In this document: one piece after another, positions 11,671 through 23,747 of the stretch
Position numbering within the stretch: the stretch's first letter is position 1
Layout of the letters: every line of letters begins with the position of its first letter
DNA from: Candidatus Marinacidobacterium sp.
Lineage (GTDB): Bacteria > Acidobacteriota > Vicinamibacteria > Marinacidobacterales > Marinacidobacteraceae
Direction: 5' to 3'
DNA: 64,000 nucleotides
NCBI GenBank assembly: GCA_965220965.1
Contig: OZ244852.1
Location: 2,400,001 to 2,464,000, forward strand
The notes under the pieces: generated by a model
The model's database searches: none
Told to the model about the DNA's origin: nothing
Seen by the model: only the letters and a program-made list of their open reading frames with translations
Position numbers and translations under genes: made by a program

Positions 11671-14289
11671 TCAGGTTGGCGCGCCAGCGTCGCCCGGAAC
11701 CTCCACGACAGTCGCCATCTCGGCCTGGGTGTGGGTCACGATGCGGACACAGATCTGGCCGCTCGCGGGCGTCGGAAACGGCGTGCTCGTGAGCGAGAAC
11801 ATGGCTTCCTGCGCGTGGGGGTCAACGCGAGACTCCAGCCTCTTCAGCATCCGCCGGATCTGACGGTCCTGCTCTCCGCCGGGGAAGTGCATCCGGTGGG
11901 CGAAAAAGGACTGGCCGTCGTAGTCGGTGTCCAGCATCCAGCAACTGATGTCCTCGGGCTTACCTGCGCGCAGGTTGCCGGTGGTGGGGTCGAACACGTC
12001 GAAGCCCAGGACCTCGCAGGTCCAGTAGCCCGCCGGACGCGGAGCCGCCACGACCTGCACATCGGGCTCGCCGACGAGCACGAAGGCATGATCGTGCTGG
12101 CTGTCCTTCAGGTTGCCGATCGTCAGATCGCGGTTCGCCTGGGCGCGCAGCACCTGGAGGCGGCCCCGCTGTTCCAGGCCCGCGCCGGTTCCCGTCTCGA
12201 ACCCGAACGCGATTACGAGAAGGGTGGTGACGTCGCCGTCGCCGATCTGGACGGCTTCGTTCGCCGCGCGGGTCACGAGCGTCCCGGAGGCGGTGATGTC
12301 GTCTGGCAGGATCGCTACGGCGACACGGGCCCCCTGGCGCTCACCGCTCGAGGCCTGGGTGGCCAGATGGGTGACGAGTCGTCCGCCGGACCAGGCCTCG
12401 AGATCGCTCAGCCGTAGGCGTTGTCGCTGACCGGGGACGACCACGCCAGCGGAAACAAGGGCGTCCCTAACGGCGGTAACGGCGTCCGAGTCCAGGCGCT
12501 GGGCCGTGAGCCCATCGGACCCGGCGGGGAGGTATCGGTAGGGCGACTCGCTCTCCACCGTGAACGGGGAAGAGACGCGCAGGACGCCTCTCTTCCGGAG
12601 CGGTTGGTTGACGAGCAGCGTGGGGTCACGCGGCTTGTCGTAGGCCATACTGGCGGCGCTGACGCTCGGGACGCGTTCGTAGACGAATCCGAGCGCCGGA
12701 TCGTGGCGATACGACGGCGCCAAACCGGACGTGGATGGTTCGGACTTTGAGAGTGAGAGAGAGGGTTCCGCCTCTCGCAGCCTTTTCTCCTCGACCTCGC
12801 CCTCCGGAGAATCCCGCAGCAGGTAGTACGGATGGATGGCGGTCGCGAGCCGCTGCCGCGCCAGCGCGATCGGGACGCCGGCGGCGTCGCAGGTGATCCA
12901 GCGCCTCCCCCAGCGTTCGGCCACCAGCGCGGTCGTTCCGGACCCGCAGGTTATGTCCAGCACCAGGTCGCCGGGCGCCGTGGCCATGAGGATGCAACGC
13001 TCCAGAACGGACTCGGCTGTCTCGACCACATAGTGCAGGTCGTTCGGCGGCATCTGGATGTGCCAGAGGTTGGTGATCGGACGCCCTGGGATTTCATCGG
13101 CGTACCACTTCCAACTGAGGCGGTCACCGGTGGCAACCAGCCGGTTTCTGGTGGCGAGTCGTTCCAGTCCCAGATGACTGACGCTCCAGTGCCTGCCCGA
13201 ATCACACGGGAAGTCGCGACCCCGCCAACGAAACGCCTCGGAGCGACCCGTCGTGGATGGGTTCAGGGAAGTGAGTCGCTGCCGTCGAAATGTCCGTGAC
13301 CCTTGGGGTAATGCGCTTTCGGGGGACTCCCGCTCGTCGGATGTCAGCGCGCGCACCGTCCCATCGGCCAGCTCCACCATCGCGTACGAGCTCATGTGCT
13401 CGATCTTCTCTTTCAGATTCAGCGGCTCATAGAGCTGGAAGAACCTGAGCGCCGGCTTCTCCTTTGCGTACCAGAGCAGATAGTCCGCGACCTCCGGTAG
13501 CGTCTTCGACGAACTTCCACCGGTCTTGGCGAACGAGATCGTGGCGACGCGGTTCTCCGCTCCGAACACCTCGTCGAGCACGACGGCCAAGCGGTGAACG
13601 TTCGCCGCGCCGATCTGCAGGAACAGGCTCCCCGATTCGTGGAGCAGCGCATGAATCAGCCGCGTATTCCTCCAGATGTTGTCCAGATACGAATGGATCC
13701 CGTTCCTGTAGGTGTCCCGAAACGCCTGCACCATGCCGGGGTCACCGGGAATGTCTTTCGCGCCCTCCTTGACGCTCCGGCTCCGCGTTGACGGCTGGAA
13801 ATTGCTCTGGAAGGAGATCCCGTACGGGGGGTCGTAGAAGACCATCTGGACTCGCCCCGCGAGCCCCTCGCGCCGAGCGAGCGAGGCCATGACCCGACGG
13901 GAGTCCCCCCGGATGAGCCGGTTCTGCCAGTTGCCTCGGTGCTGGTACCACTCGTAGGCGGCGCTCGTCGGAAGGTTGTTGTAGGCGTCCCGGAAGAGGA
14001 ACTGGACCTCTCGCCGGTCGGCCGGCGTCCGCGTCAGCGAGTCGATGAAGCTCTTGGGATGGATCTTCTCGTGGATGTAGAGCGGATGGGCGTCGACGGT
14101 GAAGTCCTCGGCGTCCTCCCGGCCCCAAGACAGTCGAGGTCCTTCCGGGTTCCGGGACGGCGGGGAGTAGGGGATCGGCTGGCGGTCGTCCTCGGTCATG
14201 AAGGGCGCGGTCTCCTCGGTGGGAAGGTTGGTTCGCCGCGCGGATGGATGGTCGTACGAATCTGGGGGCTTTGCTCTCTTCCTGGCCAT
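11671..14289 (-). CDS. Type III R-M modification subunit (Mod)
   Basis: YDPPYGI, DITCGSGTT; start MARKRAK coupled to the res stop (TGATG). Confidence 0.88.
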   Translation of the reverse strand: MARKRAKPPDSYDHPSARRTNLPTEETAPFMTEDDRQPIPYSPPSRNPEGPRLSWGREDAEDFTVDAHPLYIHEKIHPKSFIDSLTRTPADRREVQFLFRDAYNNLPTSAAYEWYQHRGNWQNRLIRGDSRRVMASLARREGLAGRVQMVFYDPPYGISFQSNFQPSTRSRSVKEGAKDIPGDPGMVQAFRDTYRNGIHSYLDNIWRNTRLIHALLHESGSLFLQIGAANVHRLAVVLDEVFGAENRVATISFAKTGGSSSKTLPEVADYLLWYAKEKPALRFFQLYEPLNLKEKIEHMSSYAMVELADGTVRALTSDERESPESALPQGSRTFRRQRLTSLNPSTTGRSEAFRWRGRDFPCDSGRHWSVSHLGLERLATRNRLVATGDRLSWKWYADEIPGRPITNLWHIQMPPNDLHYVVETAESVLERCILMATAPGDLVLDITCGSGTTALVAERWGRRWITCDAAGVPIALARQRLATAIHPYYLLRDSPEGEVEEKRLREAEPSLSLSKSEPSTSGLAPSYRHDPALGFVYERVPSVSAASMAYDKPRDPTLLVNQPLRKRGVLRVSSPFTVESESPYRYLPAGSDGLTAQRLDSDAVTAVRDALVSAGVVVPGQRQRLRLSDLEAWSGGRLVTHLATQASSGERQGARVAVAILPDDITASGTLVTRAANEAVQIGDGDVTTLLVIAFGFETGTGAGLEQRGRLQVLRAQANRDLTIGNLKDSQHDHAFVLVGEPDVQVVAAPRPAGYWTCEVLGFDVFDPTTGNLRAGKPEDISCWMLDTDYDGQSFFAHRMHFPGGEQDRQIRRMLKRLESRVDPHAQEAMFSLTSTPFPTPASGQICVRIVTHTQAEMATVVEVPGDAGAPT

Positions 14290-17288
14290 CAGTGCGTTCT
14301 CCCTCCGTGGATCGCCGCCTCGAGGTCGGTCGCGACGCTCGCCGGTCTCGTCAGCACGCAGTAGCGCCACTCTCCCTGGCACTCGGGGTCATCGGTGTTG
14401 CGCAGCGCCGGAATCCACGAGTCGCGAACGGCGCGTTCCTTGGCTTCGCTGTTGGGGCCGGGCAGGCCCTTGTATTCGATGACGAGATGAACCGGCCGCC
14501 CCTCCCGGTCCCGCTCCCTCAGTCTGGCCACGAAGTCGGGCAGGTAGCTCCGGGTGAGCCCGGTGCGCGCGTCCAGATACGGGATGGACCAGTGGAGGCG
14601 GTCGTTGCGCACCCAGCACTCCACGCCAGCGCTGGAGTCGAGCGCCTCCGCCACGCTGAGCTCCGGGTCGCTGTCGCAGGGCGCCCGGTTCAGTTCGGAC
14701 CGGCGGGCCTCGCGAACCCGTCGTTTGGCTGTCCAGTAATGGACCGACCCGGTGTCCAGCACGCGGTCCGCGGCCGGGTCCTCCTCGTCGGCGAAGATCG
14801 GCAGGATCCTCGGCGTCTCGTCGTCGCCAAGGGAACAGGCGCTGACGATTTCGCGCGCGACGCGGGGGGCCTGCTCGCGCCGCACGACCTCCCCGAAGCT
14901 CCCGCAGCGGACATCCGGGTGAGCGAGCCACTCCTGCGCAGCCTGAGCCGCATCCCCGAAGAGGGTTCTGCGCCGGACCGGCAGGTCGCTTCCGGCGGGG
15001 TGCAGGCCCCCTTCGATATCCCGGAGCACGTCGCGCGCGACCCGCCACTGGAAATGCCTCTCCCTGCGCCGATCCTCGAAGACTGAACCGCCACCCACCA
15101 CGCCTTCAGAATGCACGAATTCCGGTATGCCCCCCAGGGTGTCCCCCGGCGCGGTCGCATCCTCCGGGTCGCCCTCGCGAAGATCGAAGGGACGCACCCG
15201 ATCGGGTTCGAGCCGGAGCCTCCTGCCGGGCAATTCCCATCGGTACCCGGCCACTTGCGGGAACCGGATGCCGAACTCCTCCCGTCCAGTCACCGAACAC
15301 ACCTTGTAGGGCTCCCGAGGCGGCCGCGGCGCTTCGTCGCGCGCCCGCATGAACGAGAAGGGCACGCCGAAGAGGTGGGAGGTCTCGGGTCGCAACAAGC
15401 GCCGGTCCTCGTCCGCGAAGTCCTCGTACGACGTGCGCCGCAGAGAGCGGCCAGCGACCTGCTCGCATAGCAGCTCGCTCCCGAACTTGCGGAACCCCAG
15501 GATGTGGGTCACGGTGCGGGTGTCCCACCCCTCCGACAGCATGGAGACCGAGACCACGCATCGAATGCGCGCGCCCGGCCGCCCCTCCTTGCCGACCGTG
15601 TTCGCGATCTCCCGGATGCGGGCCAGACGCTCGCCCTTCGTCTTCGCGTCCGGCGCCAGCAGCTTCGCCTGCGCCTCCATCACTTGCGCCAGTGATCGAC
15701 GCATCTCGTCCGGCGCGTCCAGCTTCGAGTGGACGAGAATCGTCGGGGGCTGTTCCACCCAGCCCGATCCATCCGGGAGCACGTTCGAGAACAGCGCGCA
15801 CCTCCCCGGCTCGAAGGGCGTCGGGGGAGGTCCTTCGCCGACCGCCTCCGCCTGGTATCCGGCGATGTGCCGATAGAGCTCCGTCGCGTTCTGCACCGTA
15901 TTGGCGACCACGATGAACACCGGGATCCGGCCCGATGCCTGGTAGCGCTCATTCGTCCGCTCGTAGTGCTCGTAGAGCTTTCCGAGCGGCGCTTCCACCG
16001 TCTGCGGAAGATCCCCGGCGCGCAGTTTGCGCTCCGACGCCGGAGTGTTCTGGTAGAGGTTGCGGTAGACCGGGTTGCGGTCGCCGATGTCATCGTCCAC
16101 CGGGACCTGTGGAATCTTGGTGAGCCCCGCCTCCACCGCCTCGATGAGCGGATAGTCGCTGACGATCCAGGGAAACAGCGGACTCTCGGCGTCGGGCGGA
16201 AGCCGGAGGAACATCGGCGTCGCGGAAAAGTCGAGCACTTGCGCGAGCGTCCCGGCGTCGCGCAGCGCCTCCAGCGCCCGGAACCACAGCGCTGCGCTCT
16301 GTTCGTATTCCCTCTCCTCCCCGCTCGCCTGCCTGAGTGACGCCGACGGCCGATAGCAGTGATGCCCCTCGTCATTGAGCACCAGCAGTCGCCGGTGTCC
16401 CCGGTGCTTGCGCAGCAGCCGGTTGAGCATCGCCCTCGGACTCTCGGTCCAGGCCTCGTCCGGCCGCGTGTCCGGAGACCTTCCACGCCGCAGCATCTTC
16501 TTCGCAATCCCCGACGCGGCGTCTTTCTCCCCGTCCACGAAGAGGGTGCTGCGACGCTGGAAAGCCTGGAAGTTCAGCACCGACACCCGGGCCCGGAACC
16601 GTCCGCGCAGCGGCGGGGGCAGAAGATCCCGGTAGGCCCTGCGCCCCGCCTCGGTCTCCGGATCGAGCTCCTGGAGTCGCTCCCGGACCGTCAGGTTGGG
16701 CGCGATGAGCAACACATCCGCGTCACTCTCCTCCCGCAGCGCCCACCAGGCGATGACCATCGCCATCGTCTTCGTCTTGCCTGTCCCGGTCGCCATCTTG
16801 ATCGCCAGGCGGGGAATGGCGTCGTTCCGGGACGCATGGATGGTCGAAAGCCGTTTCCCGATTTCCTCGTAGGCGGCCCCGCCGAGACGCGGTCCCGCTT
16901 CCATGAGCCAGATGACCGTTTCCGCCGCCTCCAGTTGGCAGAAGAAGGGGCGTTCATCCAGTTGTTCGCTCGACCAGTGGTCCAGAAGCCGACGCGTCGC
17001 GCGCGACACGCCCGGCCATCCGCTCCGCCGCCAACGGGCAACCTCCTCGCGGACTCGGTTGACCAGCCGATGCGGTTCGAGCCTCGTCGAGGGAGGCCTC
17101 GACGACTGTTTCCTCGGGAGCGGCGCCGGGAGATAGGCGCCGCTCGGCCGCCGCCCCTCGACGATCTGGTCCGTAGCCCGGAAGCGCTGGTCGAGCTTCC
17201 AGTGGCGCGCCGGCTCCTCGTATGGACTGTTCAGGACCGGCGTCGCCGGTCCGTCCGTCGGGGATCCGGCTTCCGCTGGCAAGGACAA
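14289..17288 (-). CDS. Type III R-M restriction subunit (Res): SF2 helicase plus nuclease
   Basis: KMATGTGKT, NDEGHHCY, DFSATP, SEGWD, EQVAGRSLRR, C-terminal YLPDF...IEYKG. Confidence 0.9.
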   Translation of the reverse strand: MSLPAEAGSPTDGPATPVLNSPYEEPARHWKLDQRFRATDQIVEGRRPSGAYLPAPLPRKQSSRPPSTRLEPHRLVNRVREEVARWRRSGWPGVSRATRRLLDHWSSEQLDERPFFCQLEAAETVIWLMEAGPRLGGAAYEEIGKRLSTIHASRNDAIPRLAIKMATGTGKTKTMAMVIAWWALREESDADVLLIAPNLTVRERLQELDPETEAGRRAYRDLLPPPLRGRFRARVSVLNFQAFQRRSTLFVDGEKDAASGIAKKMLRRGRSPDTRPDEAWTESPRAMLNRLLRKHRGHRRLLVLNDEGHHCYRPSASLRQASGEEREYEQSAALWFRALEALRDAGTLAQVLDFSATPMFLRLPPDAESPLFPWIVSDYPLIEAVEAGLTKIPQVPVDDDIGDRNPVYRNLYQNTPASERKLRAGDLPQTVEAPLGKLYEHYERTNERYQASGRIPVFIVVANTVQNATELYRHIAGYQAEAVGEGPPPTPFEPGRCALFSNVLPDGSGWVEQPPTILVHSKLDAPDEMRRSLAQVMEAQAKLLAPDAKTKGERLARIREIANTVGKEGRPGARIRCVVSVSMLSEGWDTRTVTHILGFRKFGSELLCEQVAGRSLRRTSYEDFADEDRRLLRPETSHLFGVPFSFMRARDEAPRPPREPYKVCSVTGREEFGIRFPQVAGYRWELPGRRLRLEPDRVRPFDLREGDPEDATAPGDTLGGIPEFVHSEGVVGGGSVFEDRRRERHFQWRVARDVLRDIEGGLHPAGSDLPVRRRTLFGDAAQAAQEWLAHPDVRCGSFGEVVRREQAPRVAREIVSACSLGDDETPRILPIFADEEDPAADRVLDTGSVHYWTAKRRVREARRSELNRAPCDSDPELSVAEALDSSAGVECWVRNDRLHWSIPYLDARTGLTRSYLPDFVARLRERDREGRPVHLVIEYKGLPGPNSEAKERAVRDSWIPALRNTDDPECQGEWRYCVLTRPASVATDLEAAIHGGRTH

Positions 17289-17437
17289 GGTTCGGTGCGG
17301 CCGGGTGATGGATCCCGGGGCCGCCGCGCCAAGCCCGGAATCGAGACGGGATTATGCGGGGTCGCGTGGAGGCGGAGCTCCTTCCCTCAAGTCATCACGT
17401 CTCGACGTGAGTTACGGCGCACCCAACATGGCGACCC

Positions 17438-17923
17438 TCAGCCCGATGGCCTGCGTGACCTCCGATCCAGATAGGCGGCGAGACCATCCAGCAGCTCCTC
17501 CCAGCCGCTCTCGTGAGCCTCGCGGGTGGAGTCGGGGGTGAACCACGTCACCTGCTCGGTGCACAGGAGAAGCGTTCCGTCGCCACTGGGCTGGAACTCG
17601 ACGGTGTTCTTCGAGACGCCGACGAGAGTTCCGTCGGGCATTACAGCCCTCACGGCGAACACGATCCGTCGTCCTTCCACGATGTCGAGGTAGTGGTGTT
17701 CGAAGGTGGCGAGGACCTCGTCACCCCGCCGCATGTCGCAGCGCTCCCGTCCACCGATGGAGAAGTCCCTTCCTTCATAGACATAGCGCATCCCGTCCGG
17801 CGCGGGCTGCCAGGCGTCGTGGGTTGTTTCGTCCGCCCAGACGGCGAACACCGCTTCCGGCGAGGCGTTCAGATGGCGTGAGACGGTGATCGTGTCGTGG
17901 CGGGCGGGCTCTTCCTTCGTCAT
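17438..17923 (-). CDS. SRPBCC/AHSA1 domain protein
   Basis: HDTITVSRHLNASPEAVFAVW...GWEELLDGLAAYL. Confidence 0.85.
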   Translation of the reverse strand: MTKEEPARHDTITVSRHLNASPEAVFAVWADETTHDAWQPAPDGMRYVYEGRDFSIGGRERCDMRRGDEVLATFEHHYLDIVEGRRIVFAVRAVMPDGTLVGVSKNTVEFQPSGDGTLLLCTEQVTWFTPDSTREAHESGWEELLDGLAAYLDRRSRRPSG

Positions 17924-18025
17924 GAGCGCGAATTCAAGCATCCCTTTCCGCGGCGAGGCCGGGGTCGCCTCGCCGTCCGGCTCCACCGGGCCCTGGGCGG
18001 GCGGCGACCGGGAGTCAGGACGGCT

Positions 18026-20110
18026 TCATTCGCGCAGATGCTCGCAGGCGGCGTCGAGGTCCTCGACCGGCCGGGAGCAGACGCCTCCGCGGCACGGCAG
18101 GAAGGTGACGGCGCCTTCCTCCCTCGCCAGCGCCGCCGCCGACTGCAGCGCGGGGAGGCGGCTCCCGGCGGTCTCCGCGTCCGCGAGGAGCACCAGGCCG
18201 CCGGGGATCCGCCACAGCCTCTGGAGCGCGGCGCGCGTCTCCTGGTGTGAGCGGTCCCCGACGACCACGATCTGCCGCGGCTCCGCGAGGTAGCGCATCC
18301 CGGCGCTGAGGAGCGTCGCAAAGCCCGCCGGGCTCTTGCGCGCCTGCGGCCAGAAGGCGGCGAGGATTCCGCGGGCCGCGCTGCGCCTTCGCGCGTCGCC
18401 GGTCAGGGCGTGGAGCCGCAGGAGGGCGTCCGCCGCGACCGCGTTGCCGGAGGGCAGCGCTCCGTCGTAGCCGGTCCGTGTCCGGACCGGGAGCTTCTCG
18501 TGGTCGTCCGCCGTTGTGTAGCAGCCGCCTCCCGGGGCGGCGAAGCGGGCGTCGAGCAGGTCCGCCACCTCGTCGGCCGCGAGCAGCCAGCGCTCGTCGA
18601 AGTCGCTCTCGTAGAGGTCGAGCAGGCCGGCGAGCCAGAACGCGTGGTCGTCGAGCATCGCCGGGACCTTGGCGCGCCCCCCTCCCCAGACCGCGAAGTA
18701 GCGCCCCTCCACCCGGAGCCGGTCCAGCACGAACCGGCCCGCCTCCTGCGCCAGAGCGAGGTAGCGCTCCTCGCCCAGGACGCGGGACGCCTGCGCGAAA
18801 GCGGAGATCGCGAGCCCGTTCCACGCCAGCAGCACCTTGTCGTCGAGGCCGGGCGCGATGCGCCGGGCGCGCGCCTCGAGCAGCCGGGCGCGCGACGCCG
18901 CAAGCGCGGCCGCCGTCTCCTCGGGTGTTCCGCCGAGCCGCCCGGCGAGTTCCTCGTCGGAAGCGACGCGCCGAAGGATCGTCTTCCCTTCCCAGTTCCC
19001 CTCCGGGCGCAGGTCGTAGGCGGCGGCGAATCGCGAGGTCTCCTCGCCCAGCAGGGCCTTCACCTCGTCGAGGCGCCAGACGTAGAACCGCCCTTCCTCT
19101 CCCTCGGAGTCGGCATCCAGCGCTGCGTGGAACCCGCCTTCCGGAGCGCGCATCTCGGCCATCCAGTCGAGCGCCCGCCGGGCGTCCTGGAAGTACGCCT
19201 CACTCCCTGTGACCTGACCCGCCAGCAGGTAGACCGGAACCAGCAGGGCGTTGTCGTAGAGCATCTTCTCGAAGTGGGGGACGAGCCACTCCCGGTCGGT
19301 CGAGTAGCGGTGGAATCCCCCGCCAAGCTGGTCCGCCAGTCCGCCGTCCGCCATGCTCCGGAGCGTGCGCCGGACGACCGGCAGCGCCTCGTCCGCGCGC
19401 CCGGCCGCTGCCCGCTGGAGAAGCAGGGTGAGCTGACGGCTCGGCGGGAACTTCGGGGCCGGCCCGAAACCGCCGAACTCCGGGTCATGCGAGGCGAGCA
19501 ATCCGGTCACGGCGCGGCCGATGGGCTCCTCGGTGATCAGCTCGCCGGAGGCTCCCAGGCGGCCTGGCAGCGCCGCCGCCTGACGCAGTCGCTCGAGCAG
19601 CCGCTCCCCGTTCTCCATCATCTGCGCGCGCTTCGCCGGATCCCGCCACGCCGTGGCGACCGCCTCGAGCACCCGGGGGAAACCGGGACGCCCCCAGCGG
19701 TCCTCCGGCGGGAAGTACGTTCCGCCGAAGAACGGCGTGCCGTCGGGGGCGAGGAAGGCGGTGAGCGGCCAGCCTCCCGCCCCGGTCGTCGCCTGGACGA
19801 ACGCCATGTAGATCTCGTCCACATCGGGGCGCTCCTCCCGGTCCACCTTGACCGGGACGAAGCTCTCGTTCATCCGGCGGGCGATCCCCTCGTGCTCGAA
19901 CGACTCGTGCGCCATCACATGACACCAGTGGCACGCCGAGTAACCGATCGAGAGGAGGACCGGCGCGCCGCGTCGCTCCGCTTCGGCGAAGGCCTCCGCT
20001 CCCCAGGGCCGCCAGTGCACCGGGTTGTTCCGGTGCTGGAGCAGATACGGGCTGGACTCGAGATGGAGGAGGTTCTGCGCGCCGCCGCCGGGCGCGCTGG
20101 CGGGAGTCAT
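18026..20110 (-). CDS. Thioredoxin-domain protein, YyaL/SSP411 family
   Basis: [36 protein letters not shown]. Confidence 0.93.
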   Translation of the reverse strand: MTPASAPGGGAQNLLHLESSPYLLQHRNNPVHWRPWGAEAFAEAERRGAPVLLSIGYSACHWCHVMAHESFEHEGIARRMNESFVPVKVDREERPDVDEIYMAFVQATTGAGGWPLTAFLAPDGTPFFGGTYFPPEDRWGRPGFPRVLEAVATAWRDPAKRAQMMENGERLLERLRQAAALPGRLGASGELITEEPIGRAVTGLLASHDPEFGGFGPAPKFPPSRQLTLLLQRAAAGRADEALPVVRRTLRSMADGGLADQLGGGFHRYSTDREWLVPHFEKMLYDNALLVPVYLLAGQVTGSEAYFQDARRALDWMAEMRAPEGGFHAALDADSEGEEGRFYVWRLDEVKALLGEETSRFAAAYDLRPEGNWEGKTILRRVASDEELAGRLGGTPEETAAALAASRARLLEARARRIAPGLDDKVLLAWNGLAISAFAQASRVLGEERYLALAQEAGRFVLDRLRVEGRYFAVWGGGRAKVPAMLDDHAFWLAGLLDLYESDFDERWLLAADEVADLLDARFAAPGGGCYTTADDHEKLPVRTRTGYDGALPSGNAVAADALLRLHALTGDARRRSAARGILAAFWPQARKSPAGFATLLSAGMRYLAEPRQIVVVGDRSHQETRAALQRLWRIPGGLVLLADAETAGSRLPALQSAAALAREEGAVTFLPCRGGVCSRPVEDLDAACEHLRE

Positions 20111-20174
20111 CGGATGGTCTCCGGAGCCCCGCTCGGCGGAGCGCTCTCCGGACCGCCCGATGGCGGGAGCCGGG

Positions 20175-21251
20175 TCAGACCGCGGCCGGCGCCCGCGTCT
20201 CGGCGGTCTCCCGGGCGCCCATCCCGGCGGCGAGGCGCTCCCCGCCCCAGCGCACCAGCGCGGTCCCGACCGTCAATCCGGCGCCGACCGAGCTGAAGAG
20301 CAGGAGGTCCCCGGGCGTCACCGCCCCGCGGTCGATCGCGTCGCGAAGCGCGGTCGGGATCGAGGCGGCCGTGGTGTTCCCGTACTTGTGGACGGTCTTG
20401 ACGACCCGTTCCGGCGGGAGTCCCAGCCGCTTGGCGATCGCGTCGATGATCCGGGCGTTCGCCTGATGGCAGACGAGGAACGACACGTCCCCGCGGGTCA
20501 GGCCGGTCTCCGCGAGCAGCTCGTCGGCGGCGTCCGCCGAGCTTCGCACCGCGAACCGGAACACCTTCCGTCCCTCCTGCCGCACGAAGTGCTCGCGCCG
20601 GTCCACCGTGTCATGGGACGGCGGGTGGAGGCTCCCTCCGGCGGTCATGTAGAGCAGATCCCGCCCGGAGCCGTCCACCTTGTTGTTGAAGCCGAGGATG
20701 CCCTCGCCTTCCTGCGCCGGTTCGAGGAGGACGGCCCCGGCCGCGTCGCCGAACAGGATGCACGTCGTGCGGTCCTGGTAATCGGTGATCGAGGTCATCA
20801 CATCGGCCCCGATCACGAGCGCCTTGTCGGCGGCGCCGCTGGCCACGAACTGGGTCGCCGTCCCGAGCGCGAAGTTGAAGCCGCTGCAGGCCGCGGAGAG
20901 GTCGAAACCCCACGCCCGGCTGGCGCCGATGTCGTCCTGGACGAGGCACGCGGTCGCCGGAAAGTTCATGTCCGGCGTCACCGTGGCGACCACGATGACG
21001 TCGATCTCCTCGGCGCTGATCCCGCGGCGGCGAAGGGCGTCTTCCGCCGCTCGCGAGGCCAGAAAGGAACAACCGGTCCCTTCTTCGACCGCCCTTCGCT
21101 CCCGGATCCCGGTGCGGTCCACGATCCACTGGTCCGAGGTGTCCACGATCTCCTCGAAGTGGGCGTTCGTGAGCACCTTGTCGGGCAGATAGGCTCCGAC
21201 CGACGTGATCGCGACGGGGCGGACCGGAGAGCGGTCGGATGGCTGGATCAA
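20175..21251 (-). CDS. fabH: 3-oxoacyl-ACP synthase III
   Basis: [29 protein letters not shown] (Cys-His-Asn triad). Confidence 0.95.
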   Translation of the reverse strand: MIQPSDRSPVRPVAITSVGAYLPDKVLTNAHFEEIVDTSDQWIVDRTGIRERRAVEEGTGCSFLASRAAEDALRRRGISAEEIDVIVVATVTPDMNFPATACLVQDDIGASRAWGFDLSAACSGFNFALGTATQFVASGAADKALVIGADVMTSITDYQDRTTCILFGDAAGAVLLEPAQEGEGILGFNNKVDGSGRDLLYMTAGGSLHPPSHDTVDRREHFVRQEGRKVFRFAVRSSADAADELLAETGLTRGDVSFLVCHQANARIIDAIAKRLGLPPERVVKTVHKYGNTTAASIPTALRDAIDRGAVTPGDLLLFSSVGAGLTVGTALVRWGGERLAAGMGARETAETRAPAAV

Positions 21252-21350
21252 GGGGACAACTCCCGGCGCGGGCTAGGGGCTCGCGGCTGCAAACGGGGAA
21301 TCCTACGCGAACGGTCGGCCTGCGACGCTCCCCGGCGATAATCTGACCGG

Positions 21351-22106
21351 ATGGCCGTCCCGAGCCCGTCCCCGCCAGCGCCGGAACACGGCCCGGCGGC
21401 GCAGGCGGCGCCCCCCCGCGCAAGGGCGGCGGCGTTCTACGACCTCGACGGCACGCTCATCCGGACGAACCTGGTCCACGTGCTCGCCTGGTACGCGAGG
21501 AACGATCAGGGGCTGCTCCGCAGCCTGAAGTCGGTCGCCGCCACTGCGGTCGGAGTTCCGCTGTTCTTCACGACCGACCTGTACAGCCGGAAGGTGTTCA
21601 ACGACCTGTTCTTCCAGTGGTACCGGGGGCAGTCCTACGACCGGCTCCGCTTCCTCGCCGAAGAGCTCCACGAGAAAGTGATCCGCCCCGCGATCTTCCC
21701 CGGCGCCCCCGATCTGGTGGCCCAGGCGCGCCGCGCGGGACTTCGCCCCGTTGTCGTGACCGGGGCCCTCGAAGTCTCGGTTCGGCCGCTGCTCGAGGAG
21801 CTCGGGATCGACGAGTTCGTTGCGAACCGGCTTGAGTTCGTGGACGGCCGCGCCACTGGCCGGCTGTCGCCGCCGGTGCTCGCCGGGGCGAGCAAGGCGC
21901 TGTGGATGCGCGAGTACGCCGAACGCGAGGGTCTCTCGCTGAACGACTCCTACGCCTACGCCGACAGCATGTCGGACCTCCCGATGCTGAGCGTGGTCGG
22001 CCATCCGACCGCCGCCAACCCCGACCTGCGGCTCCGCAGCACCGCCCGCCGCCACGACTGGCCGGTGATCGACCTTCGCCGACGCTCCGCAGGCCCCCCG
22101 GCCTGA
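21351..22106 (+). CDS. elbB: HAD-IB phosphatase, ElbB-like
   Basis: [23 protein letters not shown]; first gene of the elb-like cluster. Confidence 0.8.
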   Translation: MAVPSPSPPAPEHGPAAQAAPPRARAAAFYDLDGTLIRTNLVHVLAWYARNDQGLLRSLKSVAATAVGVPLFFTTDLYSRKVFNDLFFQWYRGQSYDRLRFLAEELHEKVIRPAIFPGAPDLVAQARRAGLRPVVVTGALEVSVRPLLEELGIDEFVANRLEFVDGRATGRLSPPVLAGASKALWMREYAEREGLSLNDSYAYADSMSDLPMLSVVGHPTAANPDLRLRSTARRHDWPVIDLRRRSAGPPA

Positions 22107-22144
22107 CATCTCGTGGACAGGCTCCGCTATCCGAAAGGCCGCTG

Positions 22145-23743
<1,599 letters not shown>

Positions 23744-23747
23744 ACGC

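Noticed and set aside
12749-12764. GA-rich microsatellite-like run in mod (possible phase variation)
   Set aside because: Short, imperfect and in frame (SLSLSK); too weak to call a contingency repeat
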